64,000 nt of DNA from an uncultured bacterium (GCA_965112635.1 OZ218778.1:437807-501806); one strand, 5' to 3'. Numbered from the stretch's first letter, positions 1-11,177 are shown. Notes: a model not told the origin generated them from the sequence alone. A program made the numbers and translations.

Positions 1-685
1 GACCCGAGGAACAAAAAGTGTCGATGCGGATATCTTGGGGCTGGATATTGACTTCAATCTCCTCAGCTTCAGGCAGAACGGCCACTGTGACTGCCGAGGT
101 ATGGATGCGACCCTGGGTCTCCGTGATGGGAATGCGCTGAACCCGGTGCACACCGCTCTCGTACTTCAGGTATTTATAGGCCTGCCTCCCCTGCACCGCG
201 AAAATAACTTCTTTTAGCCCTCCGAGGTCAGTCGGATTGCTCTCTAAAAGTTCGGTTTTCCAATTCCGGCTTTCACCAAATCTGGAATACATCCTGTAAA
301 GGTCAGAAGCGAACAAGGCGGCTTCCTCGCCCCCTGTTCCAGCTCTGATCTCCATGATCAGGTTCTTATCGTCATCCAGGCCTTTGGGGACCAGCAAAAC
401 CTTTAATTCTTCCTCCAGGACGGCCAACTTGGCCTTAAGAGGCTCCAACTCGTTCTTGGCCAGCTGAGAAAGCTCCTTATCCTTGCTCTCCACTAAGAGC
501 TTGGCTTCTTCGAGGTCTTTCTGGACCTTTTGGTAATCCTGGAACTTTTCCACAACAGACTTAAGCTCTGCGTAGGCTTTGGCGACCCTCTGCAAATCAC
601 CGGGATTAGACAATACCTTTGGATCAGCCAATTGCTTCCCCAGGTCTTGGAATTTTGCTTCCATCGTTTTCAGTTTATCCAGCAT
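1..685 (-). CDS. prfA: Peptide chain release factor 1, partial; the C-terminal end runs off the window. The ORF track does not list it because of the edge.
   Basis: Manual minus-strand translation from the ATG at 685 gives [24 protein letters not shown]...[28 protein letters not shown]..., which matches the RF1 N-terminal and central domains. The GGQ region lies outside the window. An RBS-like AAGGTGAG sits upstream. Confidence 0.85.
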   Translation of the reverse strand, partial: MLDKLKTMEAKFQDLGKQLADPKVLSNPGDLQRVAKAYAELKSVVEKFQDYQKVQKDLEEAKLLVESKDKELSQLAKNELEPLKAKLAVLEEELKVLLVPKGLDDDKNLIMEIRAGTGGEEAALFASDLYRMYSRFGESRNWKTELLESNPTDLGGLKEVIFAVQGRQAYKYLKYESGVHRVQRIPITETQGRIHTSAVTVAVLPEAEEIEVNIQPQDIRIDTFCSSG

Positions 686-706
686 AGCTCACCTTGTGTT
701 GTAAAT

Positions 707-741
707 AAAAAAGACAGGCGTATTGAGCCTGTCTTTTTTAT
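707..741. terminator. GC-rich hairpin with flanking A/T runs (aaaaagacaggc-gtattga-gcctgtctttttt); probable intrinsic terminator after rpmE
   Basis: A perfect 12-bp inverted repeat flanked by an A-run and a T-run, read directly from the sequence. It lies between rpmE and prfA. Confidence 0.5.
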
Positions 742-750
742 TGATTGAAT

Positions 751-957
751 TTAGGCTTGTTTTTTGGCGTACTTTTTCCTGTATCTCTCCACCCTGCCGT
801 CCGTATCAATCAGCTTGTGCTGTCCCGTGAAAAGCGGATGGCATTTGGAACAGATTTCAATGTGCATATTTTCCCTGGTCGAGCGCGTATGGATGATTTC
901 CCCGCACGCGCAGGTGATAGTGGTCTCCTTATAAACTGGCTGAATACTTTTGTTCAT
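751..957 (-). CDS. rpmE: 50S ribosomal protein L31
   Basis: The 68-aa product carries two Cys pairs (TCACGE...CSKCHP) and the length and composition typical of L31 type A. Confidence 0.9.
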   Translation of the reverse strand: MNKSIQPVYKETTITCACGEIIHTRSTRENMHIEICSKCHPLFTGQHKLIDTDGRVERYRKKYAKKQA

Positions 958-1030
958 TGTTTTCTCCTTTTCATATTAATCTACCAAAAAACTTTCATTT
1001 TGAGAACAAAATCCTGATTCTATCCGGCTC

Positions 1031-1984
1031 TTATTCACCTCCGACAGCGGCCCTCCTGCTCATAACGGTCACTGACTGAATACCTAGATAGACATAAGGG
1101 CTGACCGGCTTCCCGTTCCTTCTTACTTCAAAGTGCAGGTGAGGCCCTGTGGAAGAACCCGTGCTGCCCACTTGTGCTATCACCTGCCCCTTTTTCACCC
1201 TTTGGCCGGCGTCAACGAACGATTTGGAGGTATGACCGTAATAGGTGGACAAACTTCCTTTATGGTCTAAAATCACCAGCCGTCCATACCCTCCCATCCA
1301 ACCCACGAATTCCACGATTCCGTCCGCAGCGGCATGAATAGGGGTCCCCCAGGCGGCCCTGAGATCGACGCCCCGATGAACCTCCCTTAGGCCTGTGACT
1401 GGGTTTTTGCGCCGGTCCCCGTATCCGCTGCTGATGGACAGATTGCCGTCCAAGGGTCTGGCGAACTTAGCTCGTATACTTCGTTTTAATTTGATTAGCA
1501 GCCGCCCGCTGGCCCGGTCTAGGGGCTTGGCTCCGGGGATAAAAATTTCCTGGCCCATTCGCAGACGCTCGGGCTTGCTGATACCGTTGGCTTTTAAAAT
1601 ATCCTCTATTTTTACTTTAAAGGCATTGCTCAAATCGCTTAGAGTCTGGCCTTCCCGTACGCGGTAAAAGATCCCCTTTTGATCCACGACCTCGATGATC
1701 ATGCCGGGAACCAGCGTGCGGATACCTTTGAAGTTGTTGACCCCCCGGTACTGGTCCACGTTAAGGCCCCGCAAAGTGTCCACATCGATGTAAAAACGGT
1801 CGGCAACGGTGGCCAGAGTGTCTCCGGGACGGACTTGGTAGGTCACCATCTTGATTTCCTGTTGTTCCGTGGACTCGGCCCCAATACAATGGCAGAGCCC
1901 TAAAACAATTAAAAAAAACGCGAGGATTAGGACACGGAATTTAAGATTGGGGAGGCGGGCAAAATCGCTTTCAACAAAACTCAT
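1031..1984 (-). CDS. LysM-domain M23 family metallopeptidase (peptidoglycan hydrolase)
   Basis: An N-terminal signal/TM segment is followed by two LysM-like repeats (YQVRPGDTLATVADRF; YRVREGQTLSDLS) and a C-terminal M23 core with HRGVDL...HLHFEV motifs. Confidence 0.85.
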   Translation of the reverse strand: MSFVESDFARLPNLKFRVLILAFFLIVLGLCHCIGAESTEQQEIKMVTYQVRPGDTLATVADRFYIDVDTLRGLNVDQYRGVNNFKGIRTLVPGMIIEVVDQKGIFYRVREGQTLSDLSNAFKVKIEDILKANGISKPERLRMGQEIFIPGAKPLDRASGRLLIKLKRSIRAKFARPLDGNLSISSGYGDRRKNPVTGLREVHRGVDLRAAWGTPIHAAADGIVEFVGWMGGYGRLVILDHKGSLSTYYGHTSKSFVDAGQRVKKGQVIAQVGSTGSSTGPHLHFEVRRNGKPVSPYVYLGIQSVTVMSRRAAVGGE

Positions 1985-1995
1985 CGATCCTACCT

Positions 1996-3252
1996 TTATC
2001 CTACAGTCATGGATTTCAAAAATTCTTTGTTCGATTTGGTTTTACCCATTTTTTCAATGACCAATTCCATGGCATCCACGGGGTTGGAATTGATTAGGAC
2101 TTTTCGCAGCACCCACATCTTATTGAGCTCTTCCTCAGCTAAGAGGAGTTCTTCTTTACGAGTGCCGGATTTGCAGATATCAATGGCAGGGAAAACCCTC
2201 CGGTCAGCCAGCCGGCGATCCAACCAAAGCTCCATATTACCGGTGCCTTTGAATTCTTCAAAAATAACGTCGTCCATACGGCTGCCGGTCTCGATAAGCG
2301 CCGTGGCCATGATGGTCAGACTGCCTCCCTCTTCGATGTTCCTAGCCGCCCCAAAAAACCTTTTGGGCCTCTGCAAAGCGTTGGAATCAACGCCACCCGA
2401 TAATATTTTGCCGCTGGGAGGAACAATGGTGTTATAAGCGCGGGCCAGACGGGTAATACTGTCCAGAAGGATCACCACGTCCTTCTGGTGTTCGACCAGG
2501 CGTTTGGCTTTTTCTATGACCATCTCCGCCACTTGGACATGCCGTTCCGCGGGTTCGTCAAAAGTGGAACTCACCACCTCGCCTTTGACCGACCTTTGCA
2601 TATCCGTGACTTCCTCGGGTCTTTCATCGATGAGAAGAACGATGAGTACGATTTCAGGATGGTTGGTCGTGATACTGTTGGCGATCTTCTGCAGCAACAC
2701 CGTCTTTCCAGTCCTCGGGGACGCCACGATCAAACCTCTTTGCCCTTTTCCGAGTGGAGTAAAAAGGTTCATAATCCTCATGGATACTTCTTCGGTGCTG
2801 GTTTCCAGATTGACCCTTTCATCAGGATAAAGAGGGGTAAGGTTATCAAAAAGGATCTTATCCTTTGTGGCCTCAGGATTCTCGAAGTTGACCGCCTCGA
2901 CCTTGAGCAGAGCGAAATAGCGTTCTCCCTCTTTAGGCGGACGTACCTGCCCGGAAACAGTATCGCCTGTCCTTAGGTCAAATCGCCGAATCTGTGATGG
3001 CGACACATAGATATCATCAGGCCCGGGCAGGTAGTTATAATTGGTGGACCTTAAAAAACCAAAACCATCCTGCAAAACTTCTAGGACGCCTTCAGCGAAA
3101 ATAAGCCCGTTTTTCTGGGCTTGCCCTTCCAATATCTTGAAGATAAGCTCCTGTTTCTTAATCCCGCTTATTCCCTCCAGCTTGAGTTCTTTGGCGATAG
3201 CAGAAAGGTCGGATATCGTTTTTTTCTTCAATTCAGCTAAATTTAGATTCAT
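1996..3252 (-). CDS. rho: Transcription termination factor Rho
   Basis: The 418-aa product has the Rho N-terminal domain, an RNA-binding OB fold, and RecA-like ATPase motifs ([12 protein letters not shown]; [11 protein letters not shown]). Confidence 0.95.
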   Translation of the reverse strand: MNLNLAELKKKTISDLSAIAKELKLEGISGIKKQELIFKILEGQAQKNGLIFAEGVLEVLQDGFGFLRSTNYNYLPGPDDIYVSPSQIRRFDLRTGDTVSGQVRPPKEGERYFALLKVEAVNFENPEATKDKILFDNLTPLYPDERVNLETSTEEVSMRIMNLFTPLGKGQRGLIVASPRTGKTVLLQKIANSITTNHPEIVLIVLLIDERPEEVTDMQRSVKGEVVSSTFDEPAERHVQVAEMVIEKAKRLVEHQKDVVILLDSITRLARAYNTIVPPSGKILSGGVDSNALQRPKRFFGAARNIEEGGSLTIMATALIETGSRMDDVIFEEFKGTGNMELWLDRRLADRRVFPAIDICKSGTRKEELLLAEEELNKMWVLRKVLINSNPVDAMELVIEKMGKTKSNKEFLKSMTVG

Positions 3253-3501
3253 TAAAACTCCTTTGTCATGAATAATTTATTTCGCAAAATGGATTTTGAT
3301 AGCAGGAACATCAGCAGGATTTTATAAAGTGAATAATGACATGGTTAATAATTTGGGCTCCACGCAGACATGCAAATACTAAAAAAGATTTAACAGCTGA
3401 TTTTTTGCGCTTTCTGGTAAGTGCTATATTTCTATATCTTTTCTTCCCTTCTGTCAAGGGCAATCTCGGAACAACCAATTCTCCCAGCGAAATCCTTTAT
3501 T

Positions 3502-4128
3502 TCAATATCCTTTTTTGTTTCTGGCCCTCGTAAGGGATTGCCATATTCTCAGAGCTTTTGTCCTCAAATTCCCTAGTGTTGAACTGTTATGTATTACAAA
3601 ATCTGCATTCCTCAGCCTCTTTTTAGGGGCCATTTGGCTTCTGATCCTTATCCCTGCGTCCTGCCCAGCGAACCCTCTCTTGCGCAACCAATGGATTTGA
3701 TTGGTCCGCGAGGCCATGACAATGATCACTACATCCACATCAGCAACCAGTCCAGCCTCTAGTAAAAGAGGGGCATCCACGACAATAAACCTAGCTGAAG
3801 AATGACGCAGCCGCTTGATTGTTTTCCGCAGGTCCCTGACTACAGATGGATGAATAATGCGATTTAGTCTTTTTAAGGCCCTGGGGTCCCTAAAAACAAT
3901 GTCACCCAGTTTCTTACGGTCTATCTGCCCACTGTTTTTCAGGATCGTTTGCCCGAAAGTCCTGACCAGTCTGGCGTAACTCTGTTGATTAGGCTGCAGG
4001 TAAGTTCGGGCTAATTGGTCAGCATTGAGGATCCTGGCTCCCCAGCGATGGAATAATCCAGCTACGGTGCTTTTCCCGGAGGCAATCCCGCCAGCGATGC
4101 CAATGACCAGGGGCTTAGGGGCATTCAT
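3502..4128 (-). CDS. coaE: Dephospho-CoA kinase. The start is moved to the internal Met MNAPKP; the longer track ORF looks like a 5' over-extension.
   Basis: P-loop IGIAGGIASGKST and CoaE-family conservation (HPSVVRD, DAPLL). The RBS context favours the ATG at 4128. Confidence 0.8.
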   Translation of the reverse strand: MNAPKPLVIGIAGGIASGKSTVAGLFHRWGARILNADQLARTYLQPNQQSYARLVRTFGQTILKNSGQIDRKKLGDIVFRDPRALKRLNRIIHPSVVRDLRKTIKRLRHSSARFIVVDAPLLLEAGLVADVDVVIIVMASRTNQIHWLRKRGFAGQDAGIRIRSQMAPKKRLRNADFVIHNSSTLGNLRTKALRIWQSLTRARNKKGY

Positions 4129-4147
4129 TAGACAACCTCGATTTTTC

Positions 4148-5580
4148 TCAGGATAATACCAACCGTTTGATGAGCGCTTTGCCGACACCAAGGATTTGCT
4201 GTACCTTTTTCCAGTTCTGACTTTCACAATAAAGTCTTAGCAATGGTTCCGTACCCGATCCTCTGAAAAGCAACCAGCTACCCCCTCGTAGAACATACTT
4301 GACGCCGTCCAAGGTGTCTATTTTTTGAATAGGCAATCCCGCCAAGGAAGACACTGGGTTTTTTACTAAAGATGAAAATATCTTTTCTTTTTATCCATCG
4401 GCACAAAAAGATCGTTCCGATGGTAAAAAGAAGGTCCACATATTTTTTCGATATCTTTTAGGATCTCCTCCGGCCGGCGACGTTCCATGGCGACCAACTC
4501 CAACAATAACAACGCCCCCAAAATTCCGTCTCGCTCAGGAATATGATTTTTGAATCCAATGCCGCCGCTTTCTTCTCCGCCTATCAGCACATCACCGTCG
4601 ATCATATGCCGGGCGATATTTTTAAAACCAACTGGCGTAACATGGCTTTTTAAATTGAACTTTCTAGTTAGGTTTTCTACTATGCTCGTCGTAGAAACCG
4701 TATAGACCACATCACCCCTTATCCCCTTGTTCTTATAAAGGTGCCACAAAAGCAAAGCCAATATCTGTGAGGAATACAAGAATCGCCCTCGCCCATCTAC
4801 CCCGCCCATGCGGTCAGCATCTCCATCGCTGGCAATGCCAAAGTCACAACGATGCTTTTTGACCGTCTTCTCCAAGTCCCCTAGATTTTCCTCGATAGGT
4901 TCTGGAAATATTCCTCCAAACATAGGGTTGGGAGTCCCGTGTATTTGCAATAAGTTGATCCTGGAGCCTACCAGAATATTCTGGACGCAACCGATCCCGG
5001 CCCCATACATCGGGTCAATAGCCACCTTTAATTTGGAATTTCTGATCGTTTTCAAATCCACATATCCAGCGACCTTTTTAAAATAGAGGGGCAGCAGATC
5101 GACCTTAGTGATTAAACGCTCTTTTTGACTGACTGAAGCTACCTTGGCCTGATGCTTATGGACCAACTGCTCCACGGCCTGGGTTGTTTCCGGGAACGCC
5201 GAACCTCCAAAATAAGATTTAATTTTTATGCCGTTATATTCGTAAGGGTTATGACTGGAGGTAACCATCACCCCTCCGCCACAACCTCTTTTGACGATAT
5301 TGAGGGATACCGCAGGAGTAGGGGCAACAGAGCTGCTCAGGAGAACCGGGATGTTATTGGCTGCTAGGACTTGCGCAACAGTTTGCGCGAATTTGGAAGA
5401 CAGGAACCGGGTATCATAGCCGACCACCAGCCCCTTGCGGGTGACACTTTTATCATGAGCCTTGAAATATTCGGCTATGGCCTGGGACACGGACCTGACA
5501 TTATCAAAAGTGAATTCTTCGCCTATTTTGGCACGCCAACCGTCCGTGCCGAATTTTATCGCTTTTTTCTCTTGCGTCAT
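4148..5580 (-). pseudogene. Phosphomannomutase/phosphoglucomutase split by a frameshift near 4355-4366. The 404-aa N-terminal part (4366..5580) and the 68-aa C-terminal part (4148..4354) are in different frames.
   Basis: The N-terminal ORF has the PGM/PMM active-site loop (TSSHNPYEYNGIK) and metal loop (DGDADR). The downstream fragment has the PGM/PMM C-terminal motif (RGSGTEPLLRLYCE). The frame change falls at a T-run (AGATATTTTCATCTT on the coding strand), and a 1-nt indel would restore a single ~470-aa protein. Confidence 0.6.
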
Positions 5581-5593
5581 CCTGAGTTCCTGG

Positions 5594-6640
5594 TTAGATT
5601 TTGCTATGGGGGGCTATAGTGGTACCCTCGCCAAGTACGGTACCTTCTCGCAATTGGGCAAAAGCCCCGATGTGGCATCTGCTTCCGACGATACAGCCGC
5701 GCAAGATCGCTTCTTCGTCGATCCTGACGTTTTCCCACAGAACAGACTCATGCAGCAAAGCCCTCTTTTTGACATGGCTGCTTCTGCCGATCACGCATCG
5801 TTCTACATGGACCCCGCTGTCTATTTTGCATGTTTCCGCGATAGCCAGAGGGCCGACCAGCTTGGCGTCTTTAGCGACAGATGTTTTTTTTCCTATCTTA
5901 ATACCGTTTCTTCCCATCGTGAGCCCGGTGCTCACCCGCTTTTCCAGGATATCCATGTTGGCTTGCAGATAATTTTCCGGCTTGCCGATATCCAGCCAGT
6001 AACCCTTGTAAGGATAGGCATAAAAACGTTCTTTTTGTTTTAAAAGCAAAGGAAATAGTTCCCGCTCCACAGAATAGACAGTTTTTTCCGGCATCAGGGA
6101 AAAAACTTCCGGTTCAAAAAGATAAGTACCCGCGTTGATCCAATTGCTTCTTGCCTCCGCCCAGCTGGGCTTCTCCAAAAACCGCCGTATACGCCTAAAC
6201 GGACTAGTCTCCACCACACCATAACTTGTTGGATCCTCAATTTTATTTAGGACTATGGTAGCCATGGCTTTCTTTTTGTGATGAAATTTGGTCAAAACAG
6301 TCAGATCCAGGTCTGTAAAAACATCGCCGTTAAAAATGATTGTTGGCCCATGGATAAACTTTTCTGCGTTTTTAATAGCACCCCCGGTTCCCAGAGGTTT
6401 GGATTCAATCGCATAGAAAATCTGCATTCCCATTTTGGAGCCATCGCCGAATACTGCTTTGATCAGATCAGGTTTGTATCCTACCGCAAAAATAACCTCC
6501 CTGATTCCGTGTCTTTTTAATAATTCGAGCTGATATTCCAACAAAGGTTTGTTAACCAAGGGAACAATGGGTTTGGGAAGATTTAAAGTAAGTGGCCTCA
6601 ACCGAGTTCCTTCTCCACCAACTAAAATAATAGCTCTCAT
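5594..6640 (-). CDS. Mannose-1-phosphate guanylyltransferase-like NDP-sugar pyrophosphorylase (N-terminal nucleotidyltransferase plus C-terminal left-handed beta-helix)
   Basis: GGEGTRLRPLT...KP nucleotidyltransferase signature. The C-terminal hexapeptide-repeat region resembles GDP-mannose pyrophosphorylases. The gene is adjacent to the PMM gene. Confidence 0.75.
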   Translation of the reverse strand: MRAIILVGGEGTRLRPLTLNLPKPIVPLVNKPLLEYQLELLKRHGIREVIFAVGYKPDLIKAVFGDGSKMGMQIFYAIESKPLGTGGAIKNAEKFIHGPTIIFNGDVFTDLDLTVLTKFHHKKKAMATIVLNKIEDPTSYGVVETSPFRRIRRFLEKPSWAEARSNWINAGTYLFEPEVFSLMPEKTVYSVERELFPLLLKQKERFYAYPYKGYWLDIGKPENYLQANMDILEKRVSTGLTMGRNGIKIGKKTSVAKDAKLVGPLAIAETCKIDSGVHVERCVIGRSSHVKKRALLHESVLWENVRIDEEAILRGCIVGSRCHIGAFAQLREGTVLGEGTTIAPHSKI

Positions 6641-6671
6641 CTTTTCTCCTTAGTCGGTATTTTATCCGTAT

Positions 6672-7607
6672 TTAGCAGACATGCCTTCTGGCTAGACCGG
6701 TAAAATATTTGATAGTTTCTTGGACTCCAATTTCAAGTTTCACCTGAGGACTCCACCCTAACCCATACCTAGCCTTTTGATAACTGAGGGTATTTGCCCT
6801 TAAGTCTCCCTTGCGAGGCGGCCCGCAAAATGGTTCTTCCTGATATCCCATAGCTTTTTTTATCATATTAAACAACTGCTTTACTGTGGCACCCCGGCTG
6901 GTACCAATATTAAAAGCCTGACCCTGTCCCTTGCTCAAAGCTAGCAGGTTCGCCCTAGCGACGTCTTGAACAAAAACATAATCCCGGATACACCCTCCAT
7001 CCCCAAAAATGATAGGTCTTTTACCTTCTAAAATAGCTTTGATAAAAATAGCCACAACCCCTGCTTCACCGTGTGGCTCCTGTCTGGGTCCATATACATT
7101 GCTGTATCGCAAAATCGTATATTTCAGGCCAAACTGCCTTGCATAAAACCTCAGGTAGTATTCTCCGGTTACTTTACTGATGCCGTAAGGATTTAGCGGA
7201 TCCAAAGGATATTTTTCTGTGCAGGGTAGTTTTTTAGGTTCCCCATAAACCGTACCTCCGCTGGAGATAAAAATGAATTTTTTGACCTTAAAACGCTTGC
7301 AGTTTTCCAGCAGATTCAATGTCCCCAGGGTATTGATCCCCGCATCCTCTTCTGGGTGGTCAACGGAATAAGGCACACTGATCTGTGCCGCATGGTGACA
7401 GACCACGTCAAACTCTTCCTTTTGGAACATTTTTTCAATCTTTGACGAGCGAATGTCCATCCGGAAAAACTTGGCTTTGGCAGGAATATTGGTTCTTTTC
7501 CCGCTGGAAAGATTATCCACCACCGAGACCTTGTGCTCTTTGGAAAGGAAAAGTTCGGCCACATGTGAACCGATAAAACCAGCTCCTCCAGTTACCAATA
7601 TTTTCAT
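6672..7607 (-). CDS. NAD-dependent sugar epimerase/dehydratase (UDP-hexose 4-epimerase-like). The start is moved to MKILVTGGAGFIGS.
   Basis: Rossmann motif GGAGFIGS and YxxxK catalytic motif (YGISK). An RBS (GAAAGGA) lies before the ATG at 7607. Confidence 0.8.
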   Translation of the reverse strand: MKILVTGGAGFIGSHVAELFLSKEHKVSVVDNLSSGKRTNIPAKAKFFRMDIRSSKIEKMFQKEEFDVVCHHAAQISVPYSVDHPEEDAGINTLGTLNLLENCKRFKVKKFIFISSGGTVYGEPKKLPCTEKYPLDPLNPYGISKVTGEYYLRFYARQFGLKYTILRYSNVYGPRQEPHGEAGVVAIFIKAILEGKRPIIFGDGGCIRDYVFVQDVARANLLALSKGQGQAFNIGTSRGATVKQLFNMIKKAMGYQEEPFCGPPRKGDLRANTLSYQKARYGLGWSPQVKLEIGVQETIKYFTGLARRHVC

Positions 7608-7680
7608 GGCTATTCCTTTCTCATGAAAATTGAGGACAGTATAGCAGAACAAAAACCTTTAAAATAAAACAAAATACCAT

Positions 7681-9088
7681 CTAATACGCGTGCTTGTGCT
7701 CAAGGATATCCAGGACCGTGCGAAGGATGATGGTGACGTCCAAAAGCAGCGACCAATTCTCGATGTAGTAGATGTCATATTTGACACGTTCCTCAATAGA
7801 TGTATTACCCCTCAAACCGTTGACCTGGGCCCAACCCGTGAGCCCCGCCCTGACTTTATGCCTTTCTAAGTAGCGGGGTATCTTATTTTTGAACTGGTTG
7901 ACAAAATGCGGCCGTTCCGGACGCGGTCCTACCAGGCTCATGTCCCCTTTAAGGATATTCAAGAGCTGTGGCAGCTCATCCAGGCTGGTCTTGCGCAAGA
8001 CTCGGCCCAGCCTGGTGCATCGCTGGTCATCCCGGCTTGCCCATACTGGCCCGCTGTGGGTTTCCGCATCCATCCGCATGGACCGGAATTTATAGGTCCA
8101 GAAAATTTTATTATCCCTCCCCACCCTCTCCTGCTTAAAGAACACCGGCCCCTTGGAATCGAGTTTGATCAGCACCATGATGACCAGCCAAACAGGTGAC
8201 AACACAACGATACCGATAAAGGAAAGGATAATATCCATGGTCCTTTTGATAAAACGGTTATAGGTTTTTTCCAGGGGTTCTTCCAGCAAGCCAAAGATGG
8301 GCATGCCCTGGATGTCATCCACATGAACAGGGCCGGTGATTAAGTGGAATACATCTGGAATGATTTTGACTTCTACTCCCTGTCCAGAGCAAACCTCGAT
8401 AATCTTGATGAGATGCTGGTCATCCGAACCGGAAACCGCCACAAAGATCTCCTCGATTTCGTATCTCCGTATTAACTGTCCCAACTGGGAGACCTGGCCT
8501 ACGACCCTCTGTTTAAAATGCTTGGCCATAAGAGCCTTGCCTGAAGGCCGCACAAAACCCAGCACCCTATAACCATACCTGAGATTGGTCCGCAAGCGTT
8601 CGTAGGTGGACCACGCGGCGTCGCTGGTTCCTACGATGAGGCAGCGGGTCACGCCGAACCCTCTCCTTCTCAGAATGATCTGCAATCGGCGCAAAATACC
8701 TCGGGACACAGCCAAAAAAAGGATATTGAGAGCCCAGTTAAAACTGAGCATGATCCTGGAAAAAGAAACCGTGCGGATGAAAAAAGTCGCGGCAATGAGC
8801 AGAATAAAACTGATGGTCACGGACTTAAAGATGGAACCGAACTCGTCCGCCCCGGAGATGGAATGCCTCTGCCGGTAGAGCCCGGTATATTTAAAAACAA
8901 ATACCTGCACTAACAAGGAAACCAACAGAGCCCAAGCATACCACTTGGGATTGGACAGGAACGCGTGGGGCACCCATCCCGAAAAGAACCTAACCCAGAA
9001 AATGGCCCCAAAGGACATGCTCAGAACCATCAGGTCCGCTAAAAGCAGGAGCAAAAGGAAGAAACGATGGATGTTCCGTTTAGGCATT
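7681..9088 (-). CDS. Undecaprenyl-phosphate hexose-1-phosphate transferase (WbaP/EpsB-type polyprenyl glycosylphosphotransferase); initiating enzyme
   Basis: Multiple TM helices are followed by the bacterial sugar-transferase C-terminal domain (KFRSM...[21 protein letters not shown]). The start is placed at the internal ATG (MPKRNIHRF), which overlaps the upstream gene's stop by 9 nt. Confidence 0.85.
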
Positions 9089-10198
9089 ATGGATGCGGCC
9101 TTCCCTGAATGCTTTATATTTGGTATTGATAAACTCCAAGAAATTGTGCTTAAAATTTTCCCGGTTAAACCGCTGGGCGTTCCTCCTGATCTTCTCAGGG
9201 TCGAACTTGATGCTGGCAAGTGTTTTTAAAGCCTCAACAAGAGAGGTTTCGCTTAGTTCATTGAAAAACAATCCGCTTTCTCCTGGAATGACCGTTTCCA
9301 GACACCCTCCCTTGGCATAGGCCACCACGGGCTTGCCCATGGCCTGCGCCTCGACCGGCACAATACCAAAGTCCTCTTCTCCTGGGAAAACCAAGGCTTT
9401 GCACTTGCTGTAATAATCTCTAAGCTCCTCATTGGACCGCCATCCCAGGAAACGCACTGTGGAACCGGCAGTTTTCTCTAGTCTTTTCCTTTCCACACCT
9501 TCGCCAATGATGACCAAAGGCCAACCCAAAGTGTTAAAAACCTTGATCGCCAGATCTATCCTTTTATAAGGAACCAGGGCCGAAACAATGAGATAAAAAT
9601 CCTCCCCTCTGGATTTCTCGTTCTTAAAAAACTCAACATCGGCTGGAGGATAAATGACCTCGGCTTTCTGGTTGTAATACTTGTCTATCCGTGTGGCAAC
9701 GTGTTTAGAAATGGCCGAAAAATAGTTGACCCTGGCGCTGGAGGCGGCATCCCAAGTTCTAAGGTAGCTTAAAAAATATGAAAGCAACTGGTATTTAAAG
9801 AACGAACTTTTTTCTTTTGGAAAATATTCAAAGGTCTGGTCCCAAGCATAGCGCATGGGTGTGAAGCAGTAGCACAGGTGCAAGGTTTCTGGCCTAGTGA
9901 TCACCCCTTTGGCTACGCAATGACTGGTGCTGATGACCAGGTCATAGGCCCTGAGATCGAACTGTTCGATGGCCATGGGGAACAGAGGCAGGTAATGCTG
10001 GTACTTGGTCTGGGCAAACGGCAGATGCTGGATAAAAGAAGTCTGAATGCGGTGCTGGAGTAAGGCGGCTGAAACATTGGGCCTATTGAGCACAAGGGTA
10101 AAAATATCCGCCTCCGGAAAAAGTTCTCCCAAGCACTCCAGGACTTTTTCTCCCCCGCGCATGCCGGTCAGCCAGTCATGGACTAAAGCGACTTTCAC
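9080..10198 (-). CDS. Family 4 glycosyltransferase (GT-B)
   Basis: C-terminal GT4 signature with E...E motifs (FPGEEDFGIVPVEAQAMGKPVVA). Confidence 0.8.
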   Translation of the reverse strand: MKVALVHDWLTGMRGGEKVLECLGELFPEADIFTLVLNRPNVSAALLQHRIQTSFIQHLPFAQTKYQHYLPLFPMAIEQFDLRAYDLVISTSHCVAKGVITRPETLHLCYCFTPMRYAWDQTFEYFPKEKSSFFKYQLLSYFLSYLRTWDAASSARVNYFSAISKHVATRIDKYYNQKAEVIYPPADVEFFKNEKSRGEDFYLIVSALVPYKRIDLAIKVFNTLGWPLVIIGEGVERKRLEKTAGSTVRFLGWRSNEELRDYYSKCKALVFPGEEDFGIVPVEAQAMGKPVVAYAKGGCLETVIPGESGLFFNELSETSLVEALKTLASIKFDPEKIRRNAQRFNRENFKHNFLEFINTKYKAFREGRIHNA

Positions 10199-10420
10199 GT
10201 CTTAGATTCTCCTCATGAACTTGGATCATTCGTTCTTTTATTTTACCCTAATATTTTAGGACTACCCATAATATCTATGTGCCCTTTTTTCAACTGGTTC
10301 CTGGTGTTTCTCCTACCGTTTTTGTCCTCAAAAACCCCACAGTTTTTCTTGATAATCCTTGAGGTTTCACCTCTATCAAATAATAGGGGATATGACATTG
10401 AGGATAAACTGCGGGAAAAC

Positions 10421-11131
10421 CTAATCAAACAGATTGTATCTTAAGATAGTCCAGATAGCCGACACGCCATCTTTCCAGCTTATTTTTTTGCCTTCCGAAT
10501 AATCCCGGCCGTAGTAGGAGACTGGTACTTCGTACACGCGGCATTTAAGCTTGGCTACTTTAGCGGTTACTTCCGGTTCAATTCCAAACCGATTGGATTT
10601 TAAATTCATCTTTTTTAGGACCTCCATCCGGAAGGCTTTATAGCAGGTTTCCATATCTGTCAGATTGAGGTCCGTCAACATATTGGAAAGCAGGGTCAAA
10701 AAAGTATTGCCCACAAAATGCCAGAAAAATAAAACCCGACGCGGAGCCCCGTCAAAACGGGAACCGTAAACAACATCAGCTTTATTTTCAAGGATTGGGG
10801 CCAGCAATTTACCGTAATCCTTTGGATCGTACTCCAGGTCGGCGTCCTGAATGACGGCGTAGTCTCCGGTGGCTGCTTCCATGGCCCTGCGTATGGCCGA
10901 ACCTTTCCCTTGGTTCTTCTCTTGGTAGTAGACCTTCAAAAATTTCGATCCGCGATATTTTATTTCCATAGCCTGCAGTATTTTTTTGGTACGGTCCGTC
11001 GAATCGTCATCCACGATGATGAGCTCCTTGGTCAATGAGCCCGGAAGCTTGGCCTTCCTGACTTTTAGGACAATCTCTTCAAGGGTCCTTTCTTCGTTAT
11101 AAACCGGCATTAACACGGAAAGTTTTTTCAT
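10421..11131 (-). CDS. Family 2 glycosyltransferase (DPM1-like polyprenyl-phosphate glycosyltransferase)
   Basis: LSVLMPVYNEE...VDDDSTD...DADLEYDP motifs typical of GT2 / Dpm1-like enzymes. Confidence 0.8.
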   Translation of the reverse strand: MKKLSVLMPVYNEERTLEEIVLKVRKAKLPGSLTKELIIVDDDSTDRTKKILQAMEIKYRGSKFLKVYYQEKNQGKGSAIRRAMEAATGDYAVIQDADLEYDPKDYGKLLAPILENKADVVYGSRFDGAPRRVLFFWHFVGNTFLTLLSNMLTDLNLTDMETCYKAFRMEVLKKMNLKSNRFGIEPEVTAKVAKLKCRVYEVPVSYYGRDYSEGKKISWKDGVSAIWTILRYNLFD

Positions 11132-11177
11132 CTTTGTCCTTTTTGGCGGATCCTTCTCCCTAGAACCGCCTGCTTTT

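Noticed and set aside
2009-2976. Plus-strand ORFs (142, 162 and 108 aa) inside rho, and similar antisense ORFs within other long genes (e.g. 5462..6043, 19690..20154, 42060..42968, 58251..58925)
   Set aside because: They are entirely nested antisense to well-supported conserved genes, have no RBS and have low-complexity translations. They are typical shadow ORFs.
3253-3501. Possible regulatory RNA or extra gene in the 250-bp rho upstream region (ORF 3336..3533)
   Set aside because: The region is AT-rich with no convincing ORF or conserved structure. It is consistent with the long leader and promoter that rho genes commonly have, and nothing specific could be supported.
4148-4354. 68-aa ORF as a separate small gene
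   Set aside because: It carries the PGM/PMM C-terminal signature (RGSGTEPLLRLYCE) and continues the upstream 404-aa ORF after a 1-nt frameshift.
10243-10428. 61-aa ORF in the GT4-GT2 intergenic gap
   Set aside because: It has no RBS, overlaps the downstream GT2 stop and has unremarkable composition. It is more likely non-coding promoter or leader sequence.
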